A stretch of DNA of 60,809 nt from Octopus bimaculoides. Its lineage: Eukaryota. Below the pieces are notes generated by a model. The model was not told the DNA's origin, did not search any database, and saw only the letters and a program-made list of their open reading frames with translations. Each line of letters begins with the position of its first letter. Position 1 is the first letter of the stretch. Position numbers and translations under genes: made by a program. Below, piece by piece: positions 23,471 through 36,795 of this stretch. The stretch spans positions 98,617,510 through 98,678,318 of the forward strand of contig NC_068986.1 in NCBI RefSeq assembly GCF_001194135.2, given 5' to 3'.

Positions 23471-24639
23471 CCTTCTTTGAAAATTAGGACACATTACACA
23501 ACGTAGCTACGCTAGTCGTGAAAATAAAGTTTTCATGGCTGGAAAGCTTTTGCTAATAGTCTTGTCAAACACGTCTTACCTAGGGTTAAATAGCACAAAC
23601 CAATTTATTCCCCTATTATGTCTTTATTCAGTTTTACTCTATACTGGCCGGACTATTATATTTTCGCATTGTGGTTCATAAGAAAATGCTAATTCATCAG
23701 AATCATTCAAACTTAAGTTGATTCCAAATAAAAACCTATATAATACATCTCAAACTTACTAAATAACAGATAAATCAGGAATAATCTTAGCCATAGAAAA
23801 GAGTGAAAGACTTGAAAGATAACGGAAATGGATAATTTTGTTATAATGTTGTAATAAAGTTCATTTTTTTCTTTTCTTCTTTTTCAAATTCTTTACTGGC
23901 GAATATCCATTGAGTTGATATATAAGTAAGCCAAACCGACTACTCTTAAGATGTAAAGGTTAAAGGTTAAACACTGACATCAAATAGAAATAGGAAGGTA
24001 AATCTATTATATCTAAGTTCAAAAGTTGGCTGTACGGTCATAAGGTTAACGTCATTATGGTTTTAATTCATTTTCAACTTGGGCTAGAGTGTGTTTGCTT
24101 TATCCTTTGACTATGAAGGAATACAAATACTACTGGTATATATTGCCATGGACATTTCGATACCAATTATATAAAGTCAGATCACAAGAGCGGAAGAATT
24201 TTCGAAATCGGTTGAATTACGGACAAAATATCCGTCTGTTGTTTTGTTTTGTTTTTTAATTATCTTGTTCAATGACGATGACGTGCCTTTGGTCTCTGCA
24301 GGCCGGCCAAGAATGGAGAAATAAACTTAGTTGATATGTAATTTGAACAACTATAAGTTAACTGCTGCAGCGATGAAAATTGCAGGGAAGGCTCTGTGGA
24401 AGAAAAAGTGGTTAGAGTGGAAACGATAACAAAATATAGGTGATAAGAAGAAAAATCAAACAGTTATGAGTACTTTAATGGAGGTGAAAAAAGATTAACC
24501 AGCTCTGAGAAGCTGAGGCTAAGATAGGATAGCACATATGCAGACCAGTGTCTTGCTTGTAACAGAGTTTATGACTATTACACAATTGATTTGTATCGAT
24601 AGGTGTCATTTCGTATGTGCTCGTCTGTGATATTTGTAT

Positions 24640-24760
24640 GTGCATCAGCAGCATCTGACCATATGTAGGACCAGTACAACATTGTTGGCCTCAAATAACT
24701 TGATATTGTAGGTTGGTAATTGTTGAAGCTGGAGTATTTTCTGGATCTGAAGAAGAAGGC

Positions 24761-24794
<34 letters not shown>

Positions 24795-26040
24795 ATGGTG
24801 TGATGTGCATCGGACAGTGGAGATTTTCGAGTGAAATTGAAACCTACCATTGCAAGCAGTATTGGAGATTCCAATTCTATGATGTTCAAACTTGTGAACG
24901 TTTAGGTGCAATCATGATTTGTTGTCTTCTGCGGAAGCAGACAACACTTAGCTTGATTCCCTTTGTGTGGTGTTTCCACGATCTATAAGTGTGAAGTCAT
25001 TGCCGATAAGACGTGAATTGACTAGGTTTCATGTGACTGAGACTTGGCTGGGGAAGGTTAGGAATGCATAAAACGGGAGTTGGTTCTGCTGGAGATGACT
25101 GTATGTTACTGACGTATGCTAGAGTGTGCTGGGAAGAAAGGTGTACATTGGAGATGATAGAGTGTGGGGTCAGCGAAACAAAGAGCTCAAAAATATTGAA
25201 GAGAGTGTGTCTCAAATGATTTACAAGATGCCCTCAAAGTGTTTCCCTATAAAGGCAAGGTGAGGATGGAAGACTGTGAAGGTTAACATGGAATATGTTT
25301 TCTCCCTGTTTTAGGTAAGGTGTTGTGTAAGGTCAAACTGAACAGACTCTTCAGCAACATCGCTGATCGGGTCTTCCATGAGCTTCAGTGAGGTTTCAAA
25401 AATGACGGGAATGGATGTCCCGACAAGTTTGACACTGTGATCAGTCGTTTCCATGATGAAATGAAAGCATGTGTAAATGTGGCTATCTGATCTAATTTTG
25501 GTTATTATCGGTATTAAGCAAAGGGATATATTAGCACCAACTCGCATCGTATTTTGTTATGGTTTTTGTTGATATCATTTGCACGTCACTTAAAATCAGT
25601 CTCCAAAACAGACTTAGTGTACCAACTTACACCAGGTAAAGCCTACAGTGATCCAAACATTTTTGTGTATGGACAGAAATTGCAGTTTATGAATAAATTC
25701 GTACTGTTAATGAGAGGACAAATANNNNNNNNNNACTGTGATCAGTCGTTTCCATGATGAAATGAAAGCATGTGTAAATGTGGCTATCTGATCTAATTTT
25801 GGTTATTATCGGTATTAAGCAAAGGGATATATTAGCACCAACTCGCATCGTATTTTGTTATGGTTTTTGTTGATATCATTTGCACGTCACTTAAAATCAG
25901 TCTCCAAAACAGACTTAGTGTACCAACTTACACCAGGTAAAGCCTACAGTGATCCAAACATTTTTGTGTATGGACAGAAATTGCAGTTTATGAATAAATT
26001 CGTACTGTTAATGAGAGGACAAATAAGTGATGGCATCATA
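24640..26040 (+). mobile_element. RTE (BovB-like) LINE relic with large internal deletions
   Basis: Endonuclease-region remnants (TETWLG..KTGVGSAGDDCMLLTYA), then GCPDKFDTVISRFHDEMKACV..IGIKQRDILAPT (cf. GCPxKF..FHDGMxA..GVKQGCVLAPT) and YGQKLQFMNKF. Confidence 0.7.
25434..26025 (+). repeat. Identical 291-bp tandem duplication across a 10-N gap (probable assembly artefact)
   Basis: 25434-25724 matches 25735-26025, and the ORF track gives identical peptides for both. Confidence 0.9.
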
Positions 26041-26253
26041 TGAAATTGAGTTGTAGCCATCATATACATACGTGCGCGCGTGTGTGTGTGATTAAGCAGA
26101 GAGCCAGATAGATAGATAGATAGATAGATGCACACACACACACACACACATGTGTGTGTGTGCATGTGCATATATATGTACATATGTGTGTATAAATGCG
26201 TATGTTTATCTGTTTCACACCTATATTGAGATGCCAATAGAAATAAATATGTT

Positions 26254-26490
26254 TAAGGTGGCGGGCTGGCAGAAACGTTAGCACGCCGGGCGAAATGCTT
26301 AGCAGTATTTCGTCTACCGCTACGTTCTGAGTTCAAATTCCGCCAAAGTCAACTTTGCCTTTTATCCTTTCGGGGTCGATTAAATAAATACTAGTTAGGC
26401 ACTGGGGTCGATATAATCGACTTAATTTGTTTGTCTGTCCTTGTTTGTCCCCTCAGTGTGTAGCCCCTTGTGAGTAGTAAAGAAATAAGT
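26254..26490 (+). mobile_element. SINE family A, well preserved
   Basis: Full head, B-box, central GGGGTCGAT motifs and tail GTAAAGAAATAAG. Closely similar to 15910-16142. Confidence 0.9.
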
Positions 26491-27550
26491 ATGTGTCAGT
26501 TATAAAAAAACGTATCAGTTAAAGTCTACCCGTAATATAACGTTTCACATGATACTGCATAATTATTGATTGTCTTTAATGTTTATCCATTTATAGCAAT
26601 GACTTATGTCTGAGTATAGCGTGCAGGTCGTAGGAAAAATATTACTTCACTTATTTGAATGTAACCTCAAATCTTGTGACTGATTTAATTTACATGTTTA
26701 CCATGTCCATGCATTTTGATTCTAGGTTCGTAAAAGTCATATATTTATAACTGCATTACAATCATTTACATTTTCCACTGGTATCAGACATTCGACTGCG
26801 CTCATTCCATGCATAATTATGACAACATCATCAAATGTCTTAGTTCATTATAGTCTTCACAACTGAGCTCCATCAATGGGCATGAACAATTTTGCTTTGC
26901 TGATGATGTTAAAAGAGAACGAAATATGCCTGAAGCTGTCAAATTTCTGTTCTGGAAGATCGGATTTTAAACATAAAGATTAAATTTTCTCTGAAATTAA
27001 TTCTCCATTTCATGAAATCTGTCAACTTGTCTGTTCACAAAGATCAGATTCGAAGTGTAAAAATTAAATTTTCAGTGAAAGTAATTCTTCATTTCAAGAA
27101 ATCATCTTCCCCGATCTTTCAGAATCACGAACAATTGCCGCTAGTTTTATTTTTGTTTGGTTTTCTTTTTCATTCTTTCTTTAATGAACAAATCTCAATT
27201 CGTTGAAGATTTAATTGCGACTGCGTTCAATTTGTCACCGCCTACCAAAATTATCCAAATTCACCTCATTGACTAACATCAATAATTTCTCTTAGCTCAC
27301 GATCTGTAATTATATAATTATTCTTGAAACAAGCTAATGACATAAAATATATATATAAAGAATCACTTGCCGATATGAATCTGAAAATTCCCGAGGCAAG
27401 GCTTTTCAATATGTTGGAGATCAATCTTCAGCAGGGAGCATCTACAAGCAAGACAGACCAAGTTTACAGCATATAGGAGGTTTTTTTTTATGAGTGTCTA
27501 TAACAATACTGTACAATATAAATGGATTCCACAGTATAGGCAACATTGTA

Positions 27551-27605
27551 TTGGGTTGTCCGGAAAGTTTGTGCCGATTTATAGTAGCTTACCTTTCCAC
27601 TTATT
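27551..27605 (+). mobile_element. Solo mariner-like terminus
   Basis: TA followed by TTGGGTTGTCCGGAAAGTTTGTGCCGATTT. It shares the TTGGGTTG start with the 9017 TIR, and no partner was found. Confidence 0.5.
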
Positions 27606-27619
27606 TGCCATGAAACCAC

Positions 27620-27820
27620 TTCGGTTCTGGAAAGTCTGTGAGAGTGGCTAAGTCGATTACGTCAACCTCAGTCTTCAGTTGGTCTTTATGTTATTGATCC
27701 TGAAAGGATGAAAAGTTAAGTCCACCGCAGCGGAATTTGAGCTCAGAACATGAAAATAAATGAAATGCCGCTAAGCATTTCACCCGACGTGCTAACGATT
27801 CTACTAGCTCGTTGCCTTAT
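27620..27820 (-). mobile_element. SINE family A
   Basis: Plus strand GGAATTTGAGCTCAGAAC..GAAATGCCGCTAAGCATTTC..GCTAACGATTCT is the reverse complement of the family A head. Confidence 0.75.
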
Positions 27821-27975
27821 TTAACGAATAATAATAAAATCGTAATAAATATTTGATACTTTCATTGCATTTATTGCATGTGTCAGATAACTATGCAAGA
27901 GACAAAAAATCTGGTAAAGTGTATGACTTATAAGTGTAACACGCAATACATAGGAAGACGGGTAGGTGTGTGCGT

Positions 27976-28441
27976 AAAACAAGATTTTTCACGTAATGTG
28001 GAAGAAAATTATCGCTTTAAACATAGATATGAGTGTGATTTTGTGCGTTTATGCTTTGTCATATGTAGATTGATAATGTTGTGTATATGTGTGTATATTG
28101 AGCGCGTGTGTAAATGTCAAATATTTAACTAATCAGGGGAAATTTATACTCAATGCTCACTAGAGAGGCATCCAGCTAACAGGTAACTAACGACTCCTCA
28201 CATGGTCAAGTTCAAAAGGGGAAAGGGTCAATTTCATTTTAAATGCATAATACCAATGATTTGCCAAAAATAATTAGAAAAATAAAATATTGGATAAACC
28301 GTTAACAAGTATAAAGAGTCAAGTGAAAATATCATTTCTAGCTTCCCAAGTTCTTAATTAAAAAAAACTCCAAGTATATATGCACAGGCTCGATCGAAAC
28401 AGTAGCTCTGTCACCTGGTTAATATCCACTTCTGGTAATCT
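27976..28441 (+). repeat. Unclassified repeat, copy 1 (direct repeat of 36796-37453)
   Basis: About 90% identical by eye. Lacks the ~190-bp segment present in copy 2. Confidence 0.9.
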
Positions 28442-28489
28442 AACCTTTTATCAGCCAGTTTTGAATACTTTCACTCATTGACTTTGATA

Positions 28490-29320
28490 TAATAACTAAT
28501 CCAACCCTTGCCTATGTCTTTCAATGTTCTTCAGCTGGAACCGTTTTTGTCCATCCGAGCCGAGGTTCACGCAGCCGACTAATTTGAAACTCGGACCGAT
28601 TTCTGAAGTGTTTCGTATATTGCACAGTTATTATATCTTTCTCGTTTTATACTTCTATCAAGCCAGCCTCCCGTTTCGTGCTCCACATTATACTCGAAAT
28701 CTCTGCTTTGTTCTGCATCTGGTATTCTGTCGCTATATCTTTCTACTCCTTCAATTTTACATACAATCTTTATTGATTATTTTGAAATGCTAGTCTCATA
28801 TTTAACTTAGCTGCCTTTGCTTCAGTTCTTCAGTTATAATATTTATTCGTTCTCTTTTTTAGCATTACATTTTTCCTTTTAATATCTTAATGATTCTTTC
28901 TTTCCTTAGAGCACTTTCTTTAAGAAGCTTAAAAAGCTGTCACTTTCCATCTCAAGCTCTTGATGCTATCTTCTATCCGTTTTTTCTACCCTGATATTCA
29001 TCTGTCTGTTCTCGGTTCACCTTCTAGCCAATATCTGTTTGCTATTATTTCTACTATAGTATTCTATAGTTTATTTAAATGCAAGAAGAATGTAAGTAGT
29101 ACATATTCCACAATATTGTCGAATTCATTCTTTCTTTACCACCCTTTTTGCATCTGTTCTGTGTGGCAAGTCTGTGTTACTATTTTGCTCTATTATGTTC
29201 CCCGAAGAACTCGTTTTCGTTATCAATCCAACCACCATATCTCATTTCCAATTTTTCCTCTTTGTCCATCTCATGACTTCTTTAGGTCTCTTCACTTACA
29301 TTAAGTTCAGATTTATAACT
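28490..29320 (-). mobile_element. R4/Dong-type LINE relic, region upstream of RT
   Basis: TEELKQRQLS.., RIPDAEQSRDF, SN*SA..SDGQKRFQLKN (cf. EELKQ.., PDAEES..FW, NWKAPGPDG..WLK). Confidence 0.6.
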
Positions 29321-30019
29321 ATTACCCGATGAATTTTCTGTCCCCTTTTTAATTTCTACTAATTCCAGGATCGATAAGTAGCCATTATGTAATATAAACT
29401 GTTTCTGCTCTAATACTAGAAACACTTTTATATCATTTCAAATTGCCAACATCGTTCGCCTATACTCAATCTTAATTGACTCACTTATAAAGTACCAATG
29501 TCTCCTAGTTATGTTTCAATGAATACATAAACCATCTCAGGACCTACAGATCACACCCTGGACCAAGAAGTAGTTATATGGATACATAAAGATCGTCAGT
29601 ATCTCGGGATCATGACTTTCTGAAACAGTATAACCACGCATTTACAGAGATCCGATGTAAAGATGCGTACACTTCTTAGCAATCGAAATTAGGCATAAGT
29701 GCATTTGTTTCAGAAATCCTGGTCCTAAAATATATATGATGATTTAAACTGTTAAGCAAGCGACGTTATCTCTAAGCCGATCGCGGAACAATCGGATTTA
29801 TTTCTACCGACTTTCAGACGTCAGATGTTGAGCGTAATTTAAGTAGATATTTGCATAAATATATCAATCGAACGCAGACAACCAGGCTTGGGGTTTAACC
29901 AAACGTCCCCTGCAGTTTAAAAGGCCTCACACATGCGGGAACCTCAACAACAAATATTTATATACTTCTGAATTCTGTCACGTATAACTTAGAGATCGTT
30001 GATTCCCTCTTTATGTATT

Positions 30020-30850
30020 TATACTAGTTTTATTTTGCGCGATTCATCAACTCACGGCTTTCCATTCGAAGAATGGTGAAATTTAGGAACATGTCTTTAT
30101 ATAGTGGCTGTTGTTGTTGTCGTTGTTGTTGTTGTGTTAATCCTATTCTTGTGGAATTTATTTTTGCTTTTGATGTGTTTCCGGTTATTGATGTGTTCTT
30201 CTGGCTGAGTTGTTCTTCTTGCTGCAGGTTATGTTCGTTCGTACATTTTTGCTCGCCTTTCTTTCATTGTTCATGATGTCTTCATGGTTGCTTTGGTTAC
30301 TGACTGTTTTAAATGCACTTTTGTGGCCTACTAAGTGATGAGGTGATGGTCATGGGCTGTTCGTTTTGTTTGTTTTCATGTTAGATGACGTTGGATTGCA
30401 ATGCTCCATTTTGTTGTTCCTTCTATATATGTCACGAGAAATTAGGACAAGAGACATGTGCCTGGTTGACGCATGTATAGCGTTACCGTTAGTGTTGGAA
30501 AGATACACCTAAAAGTTTTCCTTTTCTTTTCGAAGACTGGAAAACACGTCTATGGTTTTCTTTGTGGTCTAGGGATTTTCATCTGCTGTTACTGATTCTA
30601 CTCTAACCGTTGATATCTTTGCTGTTTCTGGTTCACCGATCCCAATAGTCCTGAGAGTGATGGCGGTAATAATGGATGCGCTAAAGTTTTCTGTTATTGT
30701 TGTTCTGGTAGTTGTGGTGGTAGTGGTGCTGCTGATACTGGCCGTGCTGGTACCGTTGTTTGTAGTCGTGGTGCTCCTTGTACTGATGGAACTAATCTTG
30801 CAGCTGTTGCTGTTGCTGCTCCTGCTACTGATATACCTTTTGTACGCAGA
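30020..30850 (-). mobile_element. Decayed LINE ORF1-like segment related to 38060-39580
   Basis: FLNFTILRMESRELMN resembles LINFTVIRKSNSELMQ at ~39385. Both have CAA/CAG-rich tracts and a C..H..C remnant. Confidence 0.45.
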
Positions 30851-31048
30851 TTCAATCTACCCAACAGGCTTCTATAGTCTTCAATAACCCATTTTCACAC
30901 AAATCGTACAGGTGGACTCGTGGCTATAGAAAATGACATTTTCCAAAAATACCACGGAGTGCAATCGAACTCATGACCCTTACGGTGGTAAAGCAAACTC
31001 CTATCTCCACTATTGAGGCATACTGCACCTACATAGATAACATAGATC

Positions 31049-31083
<35 letters not shown>

Positions 31084-31859
31084 AGGATGGTGAAAGCTGG
31101 AAAGTGTTTAGCCGTCTATCTGCTCGTTCGGGGCTAAACAACAATACAAAATATAGAAGCAATAAACACTGCATTAATATGTAGAGTACTTTCACTGGTG
31201 TGTAATTGAACTTGGGACCGTGTGGTTGTGAAGCGAAATTTTTTAACTACATGGTTTTTATCTCAAAGCAAAAAAAGGAAAGAATTGAAGTCAGGTGTTA
31301 TTAATTCACATCTTCTATTGACTTAATATTTTAATTGTTTTCTCAACTGTCAAATATTTAAAGTTTCCTTTTGTTTTCTTTTCTATAATAATATGAAATG
31401 TTACACTGAATTTCACCTAATAAATTATTGGAAAATCTCATTTTAATCAACTCTTAATTAAAACTATTTTGTTGCCTTAAACTAATTTTCCATTCAATGT
31501 CGACACTTTTCACATTGTTAGATTTGAAAATGTCATTCCTATTGTTAACATTAGAAAAAATGGGAAAAAAATTACACTTTCATCGATTTCATTTTTTAAT
31601 TGACATCATATTTTGTTCACATAAGGAATATTTCACAGATTTGTTCTGTACACAAGACACGGTAATACGCTTCCGTCAATGGTACATATCCGAAGCAAAG
31701 CCAGCTGCTTTATGAATTTAATACTACTTTTGACTAGATCAGCATTAACATATAAAATGTAAGCCGCAGTACATCTTCCACTGATTTAGGATGTGTAGCT
31801 TGAATCTGCTTAGTCGAATGAGTGGCTAACTTTAAAACAGTGCCGAGTCAAAAGATTGC

Positions 31860-32110
31860 AACATTTTGAAGGAAGCTGGTCTAAGCTATAAGGATGGAAC
31901 ATTTCTACGCAGCTTTTCAGGATGTCAGGAACTGTAGTCAAGCTTTGTATTCAGTTCTGGGATGCAGGTAAATGATTGGAAGATCTTAAATTTTGTTGTA
32001 TAGTTTATCGATATGAGAACTTGAAGAAAGAAATGTTAGCATCTGACGGTACTGCCTTTATAGATAGGGATTTAGTATACCTTATAGGGTTTCTGAAAAG
32101 GAAGGACAGA
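31860..32110 (+). mobile_element. Possible CR1-type LINE 3' relic
   Basis: LCIQFWD and a RDL-like motif in the expected order. Very decayed. Confidence 0.3.
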
Positions 32111-32819
32111 AAAGAAACCAACATATGCGCCCTAGAAATTTACGACTATCTATAAATGATAACAATTATTTATCTAGAATATTAGCTCAGCCAAGTATGC
32201 AAAGTACCATTTACAAGAGTTATGCTATTACAAAACACATCTAAAGAACAACTGTCATTTATAAAAGAATTAATAGAGCTAATAAAGAAACCTGGAAATT
32301 GGTTCCTCCATATGGCCATGACCTAATGAGAGCAAGCAATAAACGAGTAAACGAAAAGAACATACCTGCATCTATATACATATGAGTGTGTTTGTGTGCG
32401 TATATGTACGCATTTATACACACACGCACACAAACGCCCACACGCACACACACATGTATAGATAGGTATATATTCTAGTATCGTATATACTATAAATATA
32501 TATTTATAAATATGTATATGTGTGTGTATAAATGTGTGCGTGTATAAATGTGTGTGCGCGCGTGTGTATAAAGTACGCTTCTTTAATAACGTTCATAGCT
32601 TCCAATGTAAAAAAACTATCAGAGTTAAATATTGTTTATGTCCAATATTTGTTTATATCATTACACACTTTGCTGAAATTCATTAAATGCAATCATCTGA
32701 ATTACAAGGATGTAATCATTCAGAGTAAATCAACATTCCCAAGTGAAATTAAAACTGCCAACATCTTATTAAAGCAATTTTGCCAAAATATAGTTTATGC
32801 ATATGATTATATTTATTTT

Positions 32820-32860
32820 AGGTTAAAATAAACCCTAGCAAGGCCGGGGATCTCTGATAG
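32820..32860 (+). mobile_element. Possible Helitron-like 3' terminus
   Basis: CCCTAGCAAGGCCGGGG short GC-rich hairpin-like motif followed by TCTCTGATAGT (CTAG-like end is mutated). Confidence 0.3.
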
Positions 32861-32944
32861 TAGACACATGCATACTTACAGATATGTATGTTTGTGTCTA
32901 TCTATATCTCTTTCTATATATATATGTGTGTGTGCGCGCGCGTT

Positions 32945-32984
<40 letters not shown>

Positions 32985-33440
32985 TAATAAAATAGGTGAT
33001 GGAATGTGTAATAGATTTTATTGAGCACAGCACATCTTTCGACCCTTCGTTCCGGGTCCCTTCGCGTACATCAATAAAAAGGTCCCCCTAGAGATTTCTT
33101 GGGTCGGCTTATGTCCATTAAATTTGAGAATGAGTAAAATAGATTTTACGAAATATATGCAATATTGATAATATGCTTCACATCGACCTTCAGCTTATCA
33201 TGTTTTACCATTCTATCTGACATTAGATATAAAGAACACGTCATTTTTATTCGAAATATATTTAAACTTTCTACCATAAGCTGCATTCATTATCCTAAAT
33301 GTTCCTGCGATAGATTATTTGAAGCTCATTCCATAAATTTGGCAATTTGCTAAACACCGGCTTTCTTGACATTGATTTAAAACAGGAGTGCTAGTACTAG
33401 GACAGCTATTCTTGCTATAGATACTATTACTGTTGTTGTC

Positions 33441-33647
33441 GAGGCGTTGAGCTGGCAAATTCGTTAACACTCGGGACACGATACTTAGCGGAATTCCGTC
33501 TGTTTTTACGTGTTAGTACAAATTCCGCTGAGGTTGGCTTTTGCCTTTCATCTTTTTGAAGTCGATAAAATAATTACCAGGGGATTTCTGTCTAATTCCC
33601 ACCCACAAAATTTCAGGCATTGTGCCTATAATAAAAAGGATTACTAT
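33441..33647 (+). mobile_element. Degenerate SINE family A
   Basis: GAGGCGTTGAGCTGGC head, CAAATTCCGCTGAGG, GCCTTTCATC..GTCGATAAAA, tail AAAGGATTACTATT. Confidence 0.7.
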
Positions 33648-33934
33648 TGCCTGGAGATTTTATTGAGATTTCAGAGATAGCATTGCTGGAGTTGTTGTCA
33701 AGGTTATTGGTGCTGAAGTCGTCTGGTCTTCAACTGTCTATAGTTGTCTCTTTCTTTCCTCTCCTTCTTTTTATAATACACTCATGTGAGTAGTTGTGAA
33801 TGTGTACAAATAAGTATGTGTATCTGCCTTCTTGAGTATGAAAGGATGTAGTGTCATATTTCTGTCTCCTGCTGGCTTTTCCAAATTTATGCTGTATGTT
33901 CTGCCACTCTACTAACGTTGCTAATATATATATA

Positions 33935-34104
33935 TTTTTCTCCGTGTTTTTCTCCTTGTCTCCGTATTCTTTCTGTTGAAGAGCGTAGCTCGAAACGTCA
34001 AAGACTTTCCGTATTCCCGAGCGTCATACTAATACATCCTTTTGTTATTTACACCACCTGTCCTCGTTTGTTGTTGTTTTTTCGTATATTCTCCCATATA
34101 TATA
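33935..34104 (+). repeat. Short hammerhead-bearing repeat adjoining (TA)n (Penelope-LTR-like)
   Basis: Shares AAAGACTTTC..TTCCCGAGCGT..ACTAATACA..TGTT.TTTACAC.CCTGTC with 44115-44225. Confidence 0.65.
33969..34003 (+). ncRNA. Minimal type-I hammerhead-like motif
   Basis: CTTT-CTGTTGA-A-GAGC-gta-GCTC-GAAA-CGTC-AAAG. Stems I and II are perfect and the ACGT stem III is palindromic. The core reads CUGUUGA rather than CUGANGA. Confidence 0.55.
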
Positions 34105-34793
34105 NNNNNNNNNNNNNNNNNNNNNNNNNNNNNNNNNNNNNNNNNNNNNNNNNNNNNNNNNNNNNNNNNNNNNNNNNNNNNNNNNNNNNNNNNNNNNNNN
34201 NNNNNNNNNNNNNNNNNNNNNNNNNNNNNNNNNNNNNNNNNNNNNNNNNNNNNNNNNNNNNNNNNNNNNNNNNNNNNNNNNNNNNNNNNNNNNNNNNNNN
34301 NNNNNNNNNNNNNNNNNNNNNNNNNNNNNNNNNNNNNNNNNNNNNNNNNNNNNNNNNNNNNNNNNNNNNNNNNNNNNNNNNNNNNNNNNNNNNNNNNNNN
34401 NNNNNNNNNNNNNNNNNNNNNNNNNNNNNNNNNNNNNNNNNNNNNNNNNNNNNNNNNNNNNNNNNNNNNNNNNNNNNNNNNNNNNNNNNNNNNNNNNNNN
34501 NNNNNNNNNNNNNNNNNNNNNNNNNNNNNNNNNNNNNNNNNNNNNNNNNNNNNNNNNNNNNNNNNNNNNNNNNNNNNNNNNNNNNNNNNNNNNNNNNNNN
34601 NNNNNNNNNNNNNNNNNNNNNNNNNNNNNNNNNNNNNNNNNNNNNNNNNNNNNNNNNNNNNNNNNNNNNNNNNNNNNNNNNNNNNNNNNNNNNNNNNNNN
34701 NNNNNNNNNNNNNNNNNNNNNNNNNNNNNNNNNNNNNNNNNNNNNNNNNNNNNNNNNNNNNNNNNNNNNNNNNNNNNNNNNNNNNNNNNNNNN

Positions 34794-34877
<84 letters not shown>

Positions 34878-35699
34878 TATGTGTGTATGTGTGTGTGTAT
34901 ATACATATATATATACATGTATATATGTATTTATGTATTTATATGCATATAAATATGTGTACGTGTGTGTATATATATATCATACCAACACTAATTCGTT
35001 TGTATTATTTGCATACACATCAATAAGAAAATCATAGTGCTTAAAATTGCATCACCCCATCAGTGTACATTTAAAATGTTTTAATTTTGTAACCACGATC
35101 ATTATATGCCATGCAGATTCACGTTCAACCCATTCTTGTCATGTTCTTTCTGCCGATCCTTAATCTATTGGTTTAAAAATTTTTTGCCAGCTCATAAAAT
35201 TTCTTATTGTTTGAGCTTTGTAATCGTAGAGCTACTAGCGTCAATGTGAATAAAGATTTTTACCAACAGATAAAAATTACTTAGTCTCTAAATCGCTTAT
35301 ATTCTGTATCTTTTTTTTTTCTTTCTTACACCCAATCATATTTATACCGGTCGTAAATTGCTAAGTACTCTTTATATATACACAGAGCCTTTAACCGAAA
35401 ATAAAATAGCACTCTCATAAATACTATTTGAAGAAAAACCTATTTCACTAAGCATTAATTTAAAATGCATAAATGGTAAAAAGGAGAATGTAAAAATTGT
35501 GAGATGAAACATCTACGAGAAAAGAAAATTCATAGGATTCACTGGTGATGAATTTTATATTATAATCTGATCTTTTTTTAAACTTTCAAAGCATTTATTT
35601 TAAAGTTTTGCATTAAGCGTATTATGTGTTATAAACTTTCTATGACTTGGGACGTAAAGACAACGAAGTAACACCCTTACAGAAAATATAATGAAAACC

Positions 35700-36330
35700 T
35701 ACATTGCATTATCACATATTCTAATCATACGCCGGCCATAGCTTTAAAAGATTTTGTCAACAATTTTAGCTACAAAAGTAAACTATAACTTCAGACGAAA
35801 AACCAACCACTTAAGAATGTGTTAGAGCGTTCATAAGGAAGAAAAGTTGAAATAAAGTAGAATATATCCTGCGTCATAACAATACAAAATGGAAAAGAAA
35901 AATAGAAGCAAATATTATATGGTTCACTTTGCCCACAAAGTTGAGATGTGTCTTACAATATAGGCGAAGACTTCCTGTATCTTCTATGCAAATATCATGG
36001 CCATTATTACCACAAATTCTTCACTAAAACTGAAATCAAATTCATCTACATTTTTATCCAAAACCTGCCTACTAATATGACCAGGATTTACAACAAAGTC
36101 TCAAATATAGAGATATCCAAAATTTGTTATCTCAGTGCACCTGCAGTCTGAAGTCGTATGCATCCTGTTCTCTGGGTGGCGAACTTCTATAATGGTAGTT
36201 CTGAAGCGTTAAAAAGGGAAGTCCTAAACTGTACTGTAACAAAAGATTGCATTGGTTTTCATGAAAATATGAAATACAAAATAGCTGTAATTGTATGCAA
36301 TTTGAAAGAAAGACATACAGACATTTTTAA
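35700..36330 (+). mobile_element. Decayed Penelope-like element (post-RT region towards GIY-YIG)
   Basis: SYNIGEDFLYLLCKYHGHYYHKFFTKTEIKF..YNKV resembles the PLE motif TNIG..FL.L.DKHF..HKYHK.FNRN.VK. A VLNCTVTKDCIG stretch follows. Confidence 0.55.
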
Positions 36331-36468
36331 AATCGTTAGCTCTAGCTTTGAAGCTACTACACTTTATATTAATATTTCCCCAACATATATACTTTGCGTA
36401 TCAGAAAGCTACTATTTTAACTCTGAAAGCCAACAGACTGTTGTTGCTTAATATATACTCTACATACG

Positions 36469-36530
36469 CTTCTTCTTCTTCTTCTTCTTCTTCTTCTTCT
36501 TCTTCTTCTTCTTCTTCTTCTTCTTCTGCT
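36469..36530. repeat. (TTC)n microsatellite
   Basis: Direct reading. Confidence 0.95.
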
Positions 36531-36569
36531 TCTCCTCCTCCTTTTTCTTCTCCTTCCTTTTCTTCTTCG

Positions 36570-36765
36570 TATTATTACATCCGCCTTAGCGAAGACGGAG
36601 GTATTGTTTCAGTCGTGTTCGTTTGTTTGTTCGACCATGGACAAGAAATCTCAAGAACCGCTGAATTGATTCAAATGAAACTTTCAGTGATATTTGGCCT
36701 CCTGACTTGTACGAACTGATTAGATTTGGAGATCGATCCGGTACAGGATAAGGATTCTGGATTAT
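36570..36765 (+). mobile_element. Helentron-associated non-autonomous element (HINE/DINE-1-like) 5' part
   Basis: TTATTACATCCGCC..GGAGGTATTGTTT..GTTTGTTTGTT..AATCTCAAGAACCGCTG..ATGAAACTTT..ATTAGATTTGGAGATCGATCCGG matches the typical HINE layout (from memory). Confidence 0.55.
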
Positions 36766-36795
36766 ATTTCTAGCTTCGCAAGTTCTTAATAAAAA

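Noticed and set aside
26770-26940. FADDVK motif suggesting a reverse transcriptase
   Set aside because: A single short motif with no recognisable upstream QG or downstream motifs.
29849-29860. Octamer ATTTGCAT in a relatively CpG-rich stretch
   Set aside because: One 8-mer in 60 kb of AT-rich DNA is expected by chance, and no promoter context was seen.
30657-30887. Hydrophobic poly-V/L ORF (similar ones at 44601, 50753, 52876)
   Set aside because: Translation of GTT/CTG/ATT trinucleotide tracts.
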